A stretch of DNA of 64,000 nucleotides from Thecamonas trahens ATCC 50062 (taxonomy: Eukaryota; Protista; Apusomonadida). Position numbers and translations under genes: made by a program. Below the pieces are notes generated by a model, which was given only the letters and a program-made list of their open reading frames with translations, ran no database searches and was not told where the DNA came from. Every line of letters begins with the position of its first letter. The first letter of the stretch is position 1. Below are positions 27,535 to 37,088 of this stretch, piece by piece. The stretch covers positions 179,369-243,368 of the forward strand of contig NW_013657656.1 in NCBI RefSeq assembly GCF_000142905.1, given 5' to 3'.

Positions 27535-29958
27535 TCACTGATCAAGCTCCGCCCGCCGCTCCGCGAGCTTGGTCTTGACCATGTCGATAACCAGCGACGG
27601 GTCCACCAGCGCGTAGCTGAACCACGAGAGCTTCTCCAAGCCCTCGACCGCAAACCCAAACTTGAGCACGTGCGGGTTCTTCTTCTTGTACGTCATCTTG
27701 GTCAGGCTCTCAATCTTGTGGTGGCTCCGCACAAACGCCACTCCCATCTTCTTGCGGTGCGCCTCGAGCGAGGTGATGTATCGCCCGGAAATGACCAGAT
27801 ATCGCGGCTCCTCGTGCCCGATCTTGGAAATCGCCGAGCAATTATAGAACCAGATGTCCGACTCGTCCATCCAGTGCGCGACCTCGATCTCCGCGTTGGC
27901 CTCGTAGAACTCCGCCATGACCGACGACCTCTTCGCCAACCCGCCACCCACCTCGGGCGCGGTCGCTGCTACCGCCTCGAGCCCATATCCAGCGCCGCTC
28001 ACTTGAAGCGACCCGCCGTCATCGTCGTCGTTGTCGTTGTTGATGCTGTCGCCATCAAACTCTCCAAACTCGTCGTCGTCTAGGTCAGAGTCGTCGCCGC
28101 CAATCGCAAAGATCGGCTGTCGAACAGGCGTACGCCTCGCTCCCGACGCCCCAGCCGCCTCACGCTCGCCGTCCTCGACACACTCGCCGTCGCGCACACG
28201 CCTTGCCGCCTCACGCTCGCTCATGTAGTCCTTGACCTTGTCCTTGACTTCCGACGACTTCTTCTTGACAAACATCGAGAGCGACGAGAGCTTGGACCGG
28301 ATCTTGGTCGATGCCGACGACGGCGTCGCTCCTCCTGCTCTCTCCGTCTCACCGGCGTTGGTGCTTGGTGTCGCTGCGCTCGGCGTTGCGCTCGCATGTG
28401 GCGTCGTGGCCGTGCTCGCGCTCGTGCTCGCATGCGACTCTAACGCCGCAGGAGTTCCCGGAAGCGCCGATGTGATGGCCGGCCGGAACTCGGGATTGCA
28501 CTTCATGCACTCGAGATGCTCGTGGTGCGCGAGCTCGATGCGGCCGGCCCGGAAGAGCGCGTGCGCTGCAGCGTAGCCGCCGGCAATGACGGTCACATGG
28601 CGGATGCCGCCACGGAGGAGAACGCCGATGGCGGCCTCCAGCACGGCGTCGTCGTCAGTCGCGGCCGTCGCGCTCTCGCCCTGCTCCTCGCCCAGCATGT
28701 GGTACCTGCTCCCGACGTCGCCGAGGAGCGCAAATCCATCGTCCGGCCCGGTGCAGAGCGGTGCAAGCGCTTCGAGCAGCTGCAACGCCGCCTCACACTC
28801 GGCAACCGGCATCCCGCCGTCACCTGCAGCTGCCGCTGCCGCTGCCGCCGCTAGCTGGGCGCGGTGCGGGAGATGAAAGGCACCCGGAAGAGTGCCAGCA
28901 TTGAACTTGTACTCGGGGCGGGTGTCGAGAATGATCACCCGGGTAGCGTCGGCCGCCGACGTGCCGAGCACCTGCCCGGCGTCGACCGTCGCGCACGGGA
29001 GCGTCGCCAGGTCCAGGCCATCAGCTAGTCCAAGCGCGTCTGAGCCGCCGCCGTGGTGTGCAGTGTGGACCGAGCGGAGTGCGAGCGCAAGCGCCCGCGG
29101 CGCCGACCGCAGCAGTGCGTCGGCGCGGACAAGGACTGCTGGAAGACGGTCGCGGACGAGGACAGAGGCCAGTCCGTCGACGCCCGGCCTAACGTCGCCG
29201 CCCTCAACCAGTGCGGCAACAAGGACAAAGGTGAGCGCGTGTGGCGCGCCGGTGAGCGTCATGAACAGCCACAAGTCAAGCACCACGTCGGCGTCGAGCC
29301 CGAGCTCGGGCGCCGCAAAGAGCGAGGCCGTCGTCGCATCCAACATCGCGGCTAGGTCCACGCCGGCCGCCGAGACCATCGCCTCGCTCCGCGGATCGGC
29401 GTACACTAGCAAGAGCCGCGTGAGCTGTGCAGCCTGTGCCCGCAGCGACGGCTCGCTGCTGTCGTTGCACAAGCCGGGCGGCGCCCACTTGGCGAGCAGC
29501 GCGTAGAGCATGTTGAACGTGGCATCGCCCGACTCGCCGAGCGCAGTCAGTGCGGCAGCAACAGCCAGCATGCCCGAGGCGTACGCCTGCGAGGTGAGCC
29601 GGGCATAGACAAAGGCCATCTGCGCAAGCGCGAGGGCATCGAGTGGAGGTGGTGAACCACCGCCGACGGTCGGCGTAGGCGCAGGAAGCAGAGCAGAGCC
29701 GGCCTCGACCGCAGCAGAAAAGGCAGCAACAGCGTCGTCGGGTGCGTCACCGGTGGCCAGGCCCTGGACGTAGGCGAGCGAGTCTGCGGCCGCAAACGGC
29801 GAGGTGCGCTTCTTGGCCACGCCCAGCGCCGACTTGAGCAGCGCGCGACGGAGGTCGGGCGGGAGGGCATGGACCGCCCACTGGCCACCGCGGAGAACGT
29901 CGGCTGCGCCTTCGGTGTCGCCGTACTTGGCGCACTCGTGCAGCTCGGTGGTGTCCAT
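27535..29958 (-). CDS. TBC1D23: TBC1D23-like protein (degenerate TBC + rhodanese + C-terminal PH-like domain)
   Basis: LPPDLRRALLKSALGV, LLLVYADP, ILDTRPEYKFNAGTLPGAFHL and VTVIAGGYAAAH (rhodanese), C-terminal LTKMTYKKKNPHVLKFGF similar to the TBC1D23 PH-like domain. Confidence 0.82.
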   Translation of the reverse strand: MDTTELHECAKYGDTEGAADVLRGGQWAVHALPPDLRRALLKSALGVAKKRTSPFAAADSLAYVQGLATGDAPDDAVAAFSAAVEAGSALLPAPTPTVGGGSPPPLDALALAQMAFVYARLTSQAYASGMLAVAAALTALGESGDATFNMLYALLAKWAPPGLCNDSSEPSLRAQAAQLTRLLLVYADPRSEAMVSAAGVDLAAMLDATTASLFAAPELGLDADVVLDLWLFMTLTGAPHALTFVLVAALVEGGDVRPGVDGLASVLVRDRLPAVLVRADALLRSAPRALALALRSVHTAHHGGGSDALGLADGLDLATLPCATVDAGQVLGTSAADATRVIILDTRPEYKFNAGTLPGAFHLPHRAQLAAAAAAAAAGDGGMPVAECEAALQLLEALAPLCTGPDDGFALLGDVGSRYHMLGEEQGESATAATDDDAVLEAAIGVLLRGGIRHVTVIAGGYAAAHALFRAGRIELAHHEHLECMKCNPEFRPAITSALPGTPAALESHASTSASTATTPHASATPSAATPSTNAGETERAGGATPSSASTKIRSKLSSLSMFVKKKSSEVKDKVKDYMSEREAARRVRDGECVEDGEREAAGASGARRTPVRQPIFAIGGDDSDLDDDEFGEFDGDSINNDNDDDDGGSLQVSGAGYGLEAVAATAPEVGGGLAKRSSVMAEFYEANAEIEVAHWMDESDIWFYNCSAISKIGHEEPRYLVISGRYITSLEAHRKKMGVAFVRSHHKIESLTKMTYKKKNPHVLKFGFAVEGLEKLSWFSYALVDPSLVIDMVKTKLAERRAELDQ

Positions 29959-30133
29959 GGTGAAGGGAAGAGAGGGGAGTGGCCTGCCCTGTCCTGGCCT
30001 AGGGGCCTGGTCTGGGGTGAGGGGCGGGGAGGGGGGAAGGGACGTTCGGCGGCAGGCGACCGTCCGCTGCCCGGCGGAGAGCCGGGCGGGCAAGGAGAGG
30101 AAACAGCACGACTTTACCACGTATGTTCAGGAA

Positions 30134-31654
30134 TCATGCCTCGAAGATCTCATTGATCATATCATCAACCTGGGTATCCGGGTTGTCAAAGGTGGGCTGG
30201 CCAGGGCCGAGTGACGCCATCTCGACGCCGCCGCCGCCGACGTCGTAGCCGACCGCCGGCGGAGGGCCGACCGAGAGGTACGGATCGGCTGTCATCATGC
30301 CAGTCGGGTTGGACGTATATGCGCTAGCGCCCATGCCCATACCCATGCCCTGCGGCTGGCCCATGCCCATGCCCTGAGGCTGGCCCATGCCCATGCCCTG
30401 AGGCTGGCCCATGCCCATGCCCTGAGGCTGGCCCATGCCCATGCCCTGAGGCTGGCCCATGCCCATGCCCTGCGGCTGGCCCATGCCCATGCCCATGCCC
30501 TGCGGCTGGCCCATGCCCATGCTCTGCTGCTGGCCCATGCCCATGCTCTGCTGCTGGCCCATGCCCATGCTCTGCTGCTGGCCCATGCCCATGCTCTGCT
30601 GCTGGCCCATGCCCATGCTCATCTGGTCGCCGGTGTACATAGCCGATCCGGCGGTGCCCAGACCGTTCGAGTACATGTCGCCCATGGATGACTGGTGCAT
30701 CAACTGCGGCTGGCCGGTGCCGTTGGCCTGCTGGCCGTTGCCGGCAAACGACTTGCCGTCCGAGGCCTCGTACGACATCAGCGCGCCGCCGTTGTTCTGG
30801 ATCACCGGGCCACCGCCGACCTTACCGGCCTCGGCTGCGCTCGCGGTTGGCCCTCCCATCATGGCCTGCGCTGCGCCGCCGTCAGATGAGTTGGACGAAG
30901 CCGACGATGCTGACGACGACGAGATAAAGCCGTCCGATGGCCGACGGCAGCAGAACCGCCAGATGCAGAACACAATGCCACAGATCGTGAGCGTCGCCGC
31001 AATGGCAATCACAATGTAGACCCAGACCGGAATAGCCTTGCACTTGGCCACAACCGGAAACTCCATCGAGATGGAGACTCCTGTCTCCATGGCGAGGACG
31101 CCGAGCGAGTACTTGGCCTCGAGGCCCGCAGCCACAACCTGGAGATCCAGTCCGGGCGGGGAGGCCGTCACGTCGGTCAGCGACGAAAGACTCTGCACAA
31201 TGACCGTTGTCTGCACGTTGGAGATCATCTCGGGCCATGCCCGCGACACCGCCATCCACGCCAGCTTGTTCTCTGACAGCGTCGCCGACAGCGGGCCGGC
31301 CGACGTGTACTGGAACCGCAGCCGCTTGCGGGTGGTCGGCGTAAAGGTAACGTCAAACGTCGGTGCCGCTGCTCCGTCGACCTCCGTCAGCTCTGCCCGC
31401 TCGCCGTCGCTCAGCGGCGTCGCCGTCGCGCCCACTGGCGCCGCACCCGGGTACCACTTGACCGTCCCTGTGCTGGTGCTGAACACATACTCGATGTCCT
31501 CGACCACACGCACATCGCACGAAGAGCCCTTGGACACGGTCAGCGTAGCATTGTACGATGTAATGGCAGCCTCACTCCCGCCGCATACCAGGCCCAGGAC
31601 AATGCCCACCACCGCCAGCCGCAGCAGTGCTGCAAACGAGCAGACAGAGACCAT
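30134..31654 (-). CDS. Type I membrane protein with DUF2207-like ectodomain and MGMGQ-repeat cytoplasmic tail
   Basis: Signal peptide MVSVCSFAALLRLAVVGIVLGLVCGGSEA; ITSYNATLTV...VRVVEDIEYVF...LAWMAVSRAWPEMISNVQTTV; TM VWVYIVIAIAATLTICGIVFCIW followed by RFCCRR. Confidence 0.75.
   Translation of the reverse strand: MVSVCSFAALLRLAVVGIVLGLVCGGSEAAITSYNATLTVSKGSSCDVRVVEDIEYVFSTSTGTVKWYPGAAPVGATATPLSDGERAELTEVDGAAAPTFDVTFTPTTRKRLRFQYTSAGPLSATLSENKLAWMAVSRAWPEMISNVQTTVIVQSLSSLTDVTASPPGLDLQVVAAGLEAKYSLGVLAMETGVSISMEFPVVAKCKAIPVWVYIVIAIAATLTICGIVFCIWRFCCRRPSDGFISSSSASSASSNSSDGGAAQAMMGGPTASAAEAGKVGGGPVIQNNGGALMSYEASDGKSFAGNGQQANGTGQPQLMHQSSMGDMYSNGLGTAGSAMYTGDQMSMGMGQQQSMGMGQQQSMGMGQQQSMGMGQQQSMGMGQPQGMGMGMGQPQGMGMGQPQGMGMGQPQGMGMGQPQGMGMGQPQGMGMGQPQGMGMGMGASAYTSNPTGMMTADPYLSVGPPPAVGYDVGGGGVEMASLGPGQPTFDNPDTQVDDMINEIFEA
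30331..30619 (-). repeat. Coding 24-nt minisatellite, (SMGMGQQQ)n then (GMGMGQPQ)n
   Basis: About 11 tandem units based on CCCATGCCCATG-CTCTGCTGCTGG or CCCATGCCCATG-CCCTGAGGCTGG. Confidence 0.9.
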
Positions 31655-32134
31655 GACCACAATAGTTGAGGACACGCGGAGGAGAGGAGAAGAGGGGAGG
31701 GGCAATTACCGTGTGCACCACCAGTCCTTGATCTACTCCTGTGCTACAGGAAGGGTAGGGGAGGGGAGGGGAGGGAGGGAGGGAGGGAGGGAGGGAGGGT
31801 GAGGGTGGTAGTGTGCGGGAGAGTGGGGTGGCGGGGGGTGGGGTGTGGCGGAGGTGCTCGGCTGGTGGCAGTCAATTTCACCACCGCCAATGGAGCCGGA
31901 GGGAAGGTGGGGTGGGAGGGGTAGCGTAGGGGGGGTAGGGGTGGCAGAAGGAGGGGGGGGGGGTATGGAGAGGGGGTGGGGGGTGGAGGAGCGAGAGACT
32001 GTGAGGGGGGAGAAGGCGGAAGGGGGGGAGGGGGGGGGGGGGGAGGGGAGGGGAGGGGGGGCATTGGCAACGACGTACTTTGTCAACACGCGGCAAGAGC
32101 AGTGATGGTCGCTTCCACAAACCGCGACTGACAG

Positions 32135-32203
32135 CCAATGGCCACTGACCAATGGCCACTGACCAATGGCCACTGACCAATGGTAATCAATGGCAATCAA
32201 TGG
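32135..32203 (+). repeat. 14-bp tandem repeat CCAATGGCCACTGA x3.5 plus two CAATGG variants
   Basis: Units start at 32135, 32149, 32163 and 32177, followed by AATCAATGG twice; lies between divergent genes. Confidence 0.85.
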
Positions 32204-32244
32204 TGCCAACTGTTCACGCCACCAAAGCCTTCCACTCCCCTTCA

Positions 32245-32357
32245 CCCCACACACCCCACACACCCCACACACCCCACACACCACACACACCACACACACC
32301 ACACACACCACACCACACCACACACACCACACACCACACACCACACACACCACACAA
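32245..32357 (+). repeat. C/A-only low-complexity tract immediately upstream of an ATG
   Basis: CACCCCACA and CACCACACA-type units; similar CA tracts at 1910-1933, 25265-25315 and 45530-45592. Confidence 0.85.
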
Positions 32358-32366
32358 ACAGGCTAT

Positions 32367-34315
32367 ATGGACGACGAGGAGATCGAGCTGGGCGTGTCGT
32401 CAGAGCTAGTCGCTGTCGACGATGACGATGCTCTGCCTGCCAACGTCCACCCCGACGCCGCACGCTCTTGCTCATGGGTGGAGGCTATGGCTGGTACGCA
32501 CGCCAGGGGTGGGGAGCCCGGGGAGGGTGGTAGGATGCGGCACTCACTCTGCTTCAAACACGGTGAGGGTGGGGTCCAGAGGAGACGCTGCTGCCTGGCA
32601 CAGGCTGGTACGGCGTGCAGCAGCGGGTGGCGCCGGCGCTCGACTCGGCCCTCGCCGGCCACCTGGTGCAGGAGCAGGCGCGGCAAGTGGCGCTGTCACT
32701 AGCGGGACGGGCCTGGCGCACTGCGCACGCCAGGCACCTTCGGTTCATGCCGACCCTCCTCGAGCCGCCGTTCATGGCTCACTCGGTCCGGTCTGGTCTC
32801 GCCGACGCCATCACCGCCGACGTCCTCGGTGCGCTCCACACACACCGCATCGGCGCGCTGTACGCATCGGCCGGTCGTGGCGGGCTCATCGACGACTCGC
32901 GCGTGGCTGCCGGTGAGAACGCTGCCGATGCCGCCGCTGCCGTCGCCACCTACCGCGACTCGGTCCAGCGCATCCTCGTCGCTGGCATCGACCGCGAGTG
33001 GGGCCGCCGGCTCGCCGCCGCTGACGCCGCCGCCGACGGGGACGACGATGACGACGACGAGTGGCAGCTCGATGGCCTCGGCGAGCTGAGCCGAACACAC
33101 GGCGTCCCGCTCTCGCGCGACGAGTGGGAGGACCGCAAGTCTGTCCACTCGGCCCGCCTCCGCGCCCGCATCCTCGAGCTTCAGGACGAGCTGCGCATCC
33201 CGTCGGCTCGCGACACAGCCGCCGACGACGCTGCCGCTGACGACGCTCTCGCTGATAACGACGAGCTCGTAGCCCGAGTCTCGGAGCTCACCCAGGCTCG
33301 CTCGGCCCAGACAAAGTACGAGGTCCTCGGCGAGGTCCTCGCCGCTCTCTTTGCCCGCCGCGCCAGCCTCAATGCCCGCCTCAACGCCATCCCTGGCCCG
33401 GCAGAAACGCAGGCCTTTTCGCGCGGCAAGCTCACCGAGCTCGTCGGCACCTCGCTGCCGGCCTCTTTCCGCCAGCACCTGTGGGCGGCGGCCGTGCCGG
33501 ACGCCGATCGGGCGAGCGACGAGGTTGCCCGCCCTGGCCTTGCCCGCCCTGGCCTTGCCCGCCGCAACAAGCGCACGCTCACGCCCAACATCGACGCACT
33601 CATGCGCAAGGCCGTGACAGACATCTACGACGCCGAGCTCGCCGAGCTCCTGCCCGTCCCGCCTGACGAGCCCCCTCCGCAGCCTGCTGCCTCAACCGGC
33701 CCGCTCCGCGAGACTTATCTCACCCGGACCTGTGACGTCGTCAACCAGCTCTACGTCGACGGCCAAGAGTACACCGCGCGCTTTGTCCTTCTCGCCTACC
33801 CGGTCATCACCATATTTCCGCATGTGGACGCCCCGCGCAACCTCGCACGCATGGTGCTGGAGATCAACCGCAAGTCGGCGCTCTCCGAGGCCGAGCTTGC
33901 CGCGCACGCCGCCAAGGCGTTTGCCCTGCTGGAAAACCTCGACCCGATGGTCTTTCTCCATCTCAAGGACGTATACAATCGGCGGACGTTTGGCGCGAGC
34001 TCCGCGTCGTCGTCGGCCATCTCGCTCATGACCGCCTCGTCGGCCGCTGCCCTTGTCCGGCCGTGGCTCGAGGCCTCATTCATCGGCTTTCTCCCGCACG
34101 ACATGCTCCTCTTTGTCTGGGACCAGCTACTTCTTGTCGGCTTCCACCTCTACCCGCTCCTTACGGCCGCCCTCCTCGCCGCCCTCAAGCCGCTCCTTCT
34201 TCCGGCCACCGCTCCCGAAGCTGTCGTCGACGTCATCACCCGCGGCCTGCACTCGGTCTTTACCGTCGACGTCCAGCAAGCCTTCCTCAAGCTCTACCAG
34301 GATGCATACCTGTAA
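32367..34315 (+). CDS. Hypothetical protein with degenerate TBC/Rab-GAP-like C-terminal domain; exons 32367-32493 and 32580-34315
   Basis: Phase-1 GTACGC..CAG intron 32494-32579 joins MDDEEIELG... to the 566-aa ORF; LPASFRQHLW, LLENLDPMVFLHL and RPWLEASFIGFLPHDMLLFVWDQLLL are TBC-like. Confidence 0.7.
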
Positions 34316-34323
34316 AAGGAAAC

Positions 34324-35750
34324 TTACACAAACAACGCTGCCCGGAGCCGGGCCACCGACTCGATGAGCGCGTCGCGGTCCGGCCCGCCAACAGCGCTGG
34401 AGCGCGCCGCTCCCGGCGACGCCACCCACTTGGCCGGCGTGCTTTCGCTCGCCAACCCGCCGCCCACAGGCCCGATGCTCACCCCATACGGCGCAACAAG
34501 GGTGTGCGGCGCAGCGGCACAGCCGACGTCCTCGCCGGCATCGCGTGCGGCCTCGCGCTGGGTGTAGTACTCGACAACCGCGTTGAGCGCCTGCCGATGC
34601 GCGAGGACCCGCTGCTCGAGCTCGTCGCTCTTGCGCAGCGCGGCCTCGTAAAGCTCGCGCGGGACCGAGGCCTCGGACTTGGACTCGCGTGTTTCATGCT
34701 CAGAGTCGGCGTGCGGCGGCCCTGCCACAGTGGCTCGGGCCAGCCGCGCGTGGATGGCGACGTAGTCGAGCTGCGGCTCGCCGTCGCCATCGAGGCTCTC
34801 GTTGGGGCGCTCATCCAGGGGCACCGGCGCAGGAGCCGCCTGTGCGCGGCGCGGTCGCCCACGGCGCGACTTGGCCGACGCACTTGCGGCCTTGACCGGC
34901 GACGGCGAGGCGTCGAGGAGCGAGCGGAGAAACGCCGACTTCGGCTGGATGCCCGACGCCATGAGCTGGGCCGAGAGCGACGGCGTGCGGACCGGCGACG
35001 CCTGCTTCTCGGCGCTGAGCACATGAACCTGGTGCGCAAAGCCACGCCGCCGTGGGCCGGCCTTGCTGTCGCGGCGCTTGCGTGAGCGTGTTTCCGCCGA
35101 GCGGCGCGACGGCGACGGCGCGGCGCGGCGCGGCGACGGCGGCCGGCCGTGGATGTCGACCCGCAGCAGTGACGGCACCATCTTTCCGCAGCGAGCGTGC
35201 AAGCTTGGGCGTGGTGGGCACCAGTCCTCCCGCACATCGGATTGCCGTCGAGTCGAAGCGCAACAAGCGCCGTGTTGAGCGCCACCTCGCGGACGTCGTC
35301 TAGATGCGAGAGCAGGTTGGCGCGGACGTCGAGCGAGGCCAGGCCACTGAGCGAGGCCAGGCCGCCGAGCGTCCTCAGCGTGTTCGACGCCAGATTGAGC
35401 GAGACAAGGCTGGTGAGCGCGCCGAGCGGCGCCGCGTCGGCGAGCGAGTTGTGCGAGAGGTCCAGATCGGCGAGGCCGTCGGCACAGGCGAGGCCTTTGG
35501 CAAGCGGCCCGGCATCAGCGAGGGCATTGTGCGAGAGATTGACTCGCGTGAGGCCGGCCAGAGGGGCCAGCTCGCCCGGATGGATGGCAGCAAGCGCGTT
35601 GTACGAGACGTCGAGGGCGGTGGTCGCCGGATAGCCCGCCAGGCCGCCCAACGACGACAGCGCGTTGGCCGAGGCGTTGAGGACGGCCACCGGTCCGTCA
35701 TCGGCCTCGTCGGGCGCGGGGAGGGACGTCAGGCCCTGGCCCCGGAACGG
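34324..35750 (-). CDS. SDS22-like leucine-rich repeat protein with coiled-coil tail; start unresolved, apparent frameshift near 35216
   Basis: About 7 LxxLxLSxNxL repeats ending LRLDGNPMC; the LRR cap (ARCGKMVPSLLRVD) continues in the 34324..35235 frame. Confidence 0.72.
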
Positions 35751-35840
35751 GGTTGGGAGGGAGGGGGGGGGAGGGGGAGGGGGGGGGAGGGGAGTTGGTT
35801 GGGGTGGGGTGGGTGCTGGTGCTGGCGCTGGCGCGAATCC

Positions 35841-35921
35841 GGGCTGGCCTGGGCTGGCCTGGGCTGGCCTGGGCTGGCCTGGGCTGGCCTGGGCTGGCGA
35901 TGGGCTGGCCTGGGCTGGGCT
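35841..35921 (+). repeat. 10-bp tandem repeat GGGCTGGCCT (5 perfect plus degenerate copies)
   Basis: Directly visible in the sequence. Confidence 0.9.
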
Positions 35922-35925
35922 GATG

Positions 35926-36987
35926 TCAATCGGTGTCGGCAGGCTCCTTGGGCAGGGAGATGGGGAGTGGGACAATGTGCAGGTCGTCGATACAGTCGCG
36001 CGAGACGTTGTGAACCAAATACTCGGCGACGCCGAGGCTGGCATCGCCCCCGCTCGCCATCTCTGGGTGGGTGTAGCCGTCGCCGCGGAAGAGCTCACGG
36101 AGGCCGGCCTCGAGGTAGAAGAAGGCGCGGACGTAGGCAGGTGTGATGCCTGTAGCGAGATAGGCGGCGCGAGAGCGGGCAAAGTCGGCATCGCAGGCAG
36201 TGATGGTCGTGGCAACGACCGGGACGCCCGCCGGCGGGTCGGCGAGCGCGGCAGCGGCGGCGTGTGCCGAGATGGCGCCAGCGGTGGCGTCGTCGGCGTC
36301 GTGGGGCGACCAGCTGGCGGCGGTGCGGCAGAGCCAGGCATCGCCGATGTAGCCGGGATGGCTGCGGCCGCCGCGGCGGAGCTCGCCCATGTCGACGGTG
36401 GTGAGGAGGTCGCGCATGAGCGCTTGGTACGGCACGCCGCGGACGACCTCGAGATGCGGCTCGATGAGCTGCCACACCTCGGCCGAGTAGACGGCCCGGA
36501 CCGAGTCGGCGACGCCATCCCAGTCCGCCTGGACGAGGGCAAGTGCCGGCGAGGCCGCTGGCGCAACAAAGATGTAGAAGACGTAGCCGGCAGCGAGCTT
36601 CTCCGCGATGTACCCGTGTTGAAAGCCGAGGTTGCGGAGGACGGCGTAGCTGCCACCCGGCGCCTGGGCCCAGGCAGCGATCTCGGCCATGCCGTCCGCG
36701 TCGCAGGCAAAAGCGAGCCGATCGGTAGTGTCATCGGTGAGGACAAGATCGGGCGTCGTTGTCGAGAGCCACCAGGTTGGGCAGACGCCGGAGGAGTCGG
36801 CGTCGCAGCAGACAGAGGCGTCGCAGCCGCAGAGGTCAGGCGTCGGCGGCGAGGCGGTCGTGAGGCTTCGTCCGATCCGCCCACACACCGCCAGCGGCGC
36901 AGGAGGCGGCGCCGGCATGGCCCCATCCAGTACGGCGGCGAGGTACGCGGCGTACACGCTGGTCATCGTGGCCTCGGAATCGGCCAT
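35926..36987 (-). CDS. Hypothetical globular protein (353 aa), orphan or bacterial-like
   Basis: Typical codon usage and alpha/beta-looking segments; C-terminal RAFFYLEAGLRELFRGDGYT...GVAEYLVHN. Confidence 0.7.
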   Translation of the reverse strand: MADSEATMTSVYAAYLAAVLDGAMPAPPPAPLAVCGRIGRSLTTASPPTPDLCGCDASVCCDADSSGVCPTWWLSTTTPDLVLTDDTTDRLAFACDADGMAEIAAWAQAPGGSYAVLRNLGFQHGYIAEKLAAGYVFYIFVAPAASPALALVQADWDGVADSVRAVYSAEVWQLIEPHLEVVRGVPYQALMRDLLTTVDMGELRRGGRSHPGYIGDAWLCRTAASWSPHDADDATAGAISAHAAAAALADPPAGVPVVATTITACDADFARSRAAYLATGITPAYVRAFFYLEAGLRELFRGDGYTHPEMASGGDASLGVAEYLVHNVSRDCIDDLHIVPLPISLPKEPADTD

Positions 36988-37088
36988 GCTGCAGGCGAGT
37001 GAGGACGAGACGAGTGGCCGCCACCCACGAGGGAGGCACGCCGCGCTATGATGCACGCTTGACACGGATGTTACTCAGTCGGCTACGG

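Noticed and set aside
32135-32203. Short repeats as a CRISPR array
   Set aside because: Contiguous tandem units with no unique spacers, no cas genes, eukaryotic context.
34479-36926. 815-aa ORF as a single LRR protein
   Set aside because: Its N-terminal half is an off-frame read of the orphan gene plus repeats; only the LRR block looks real.
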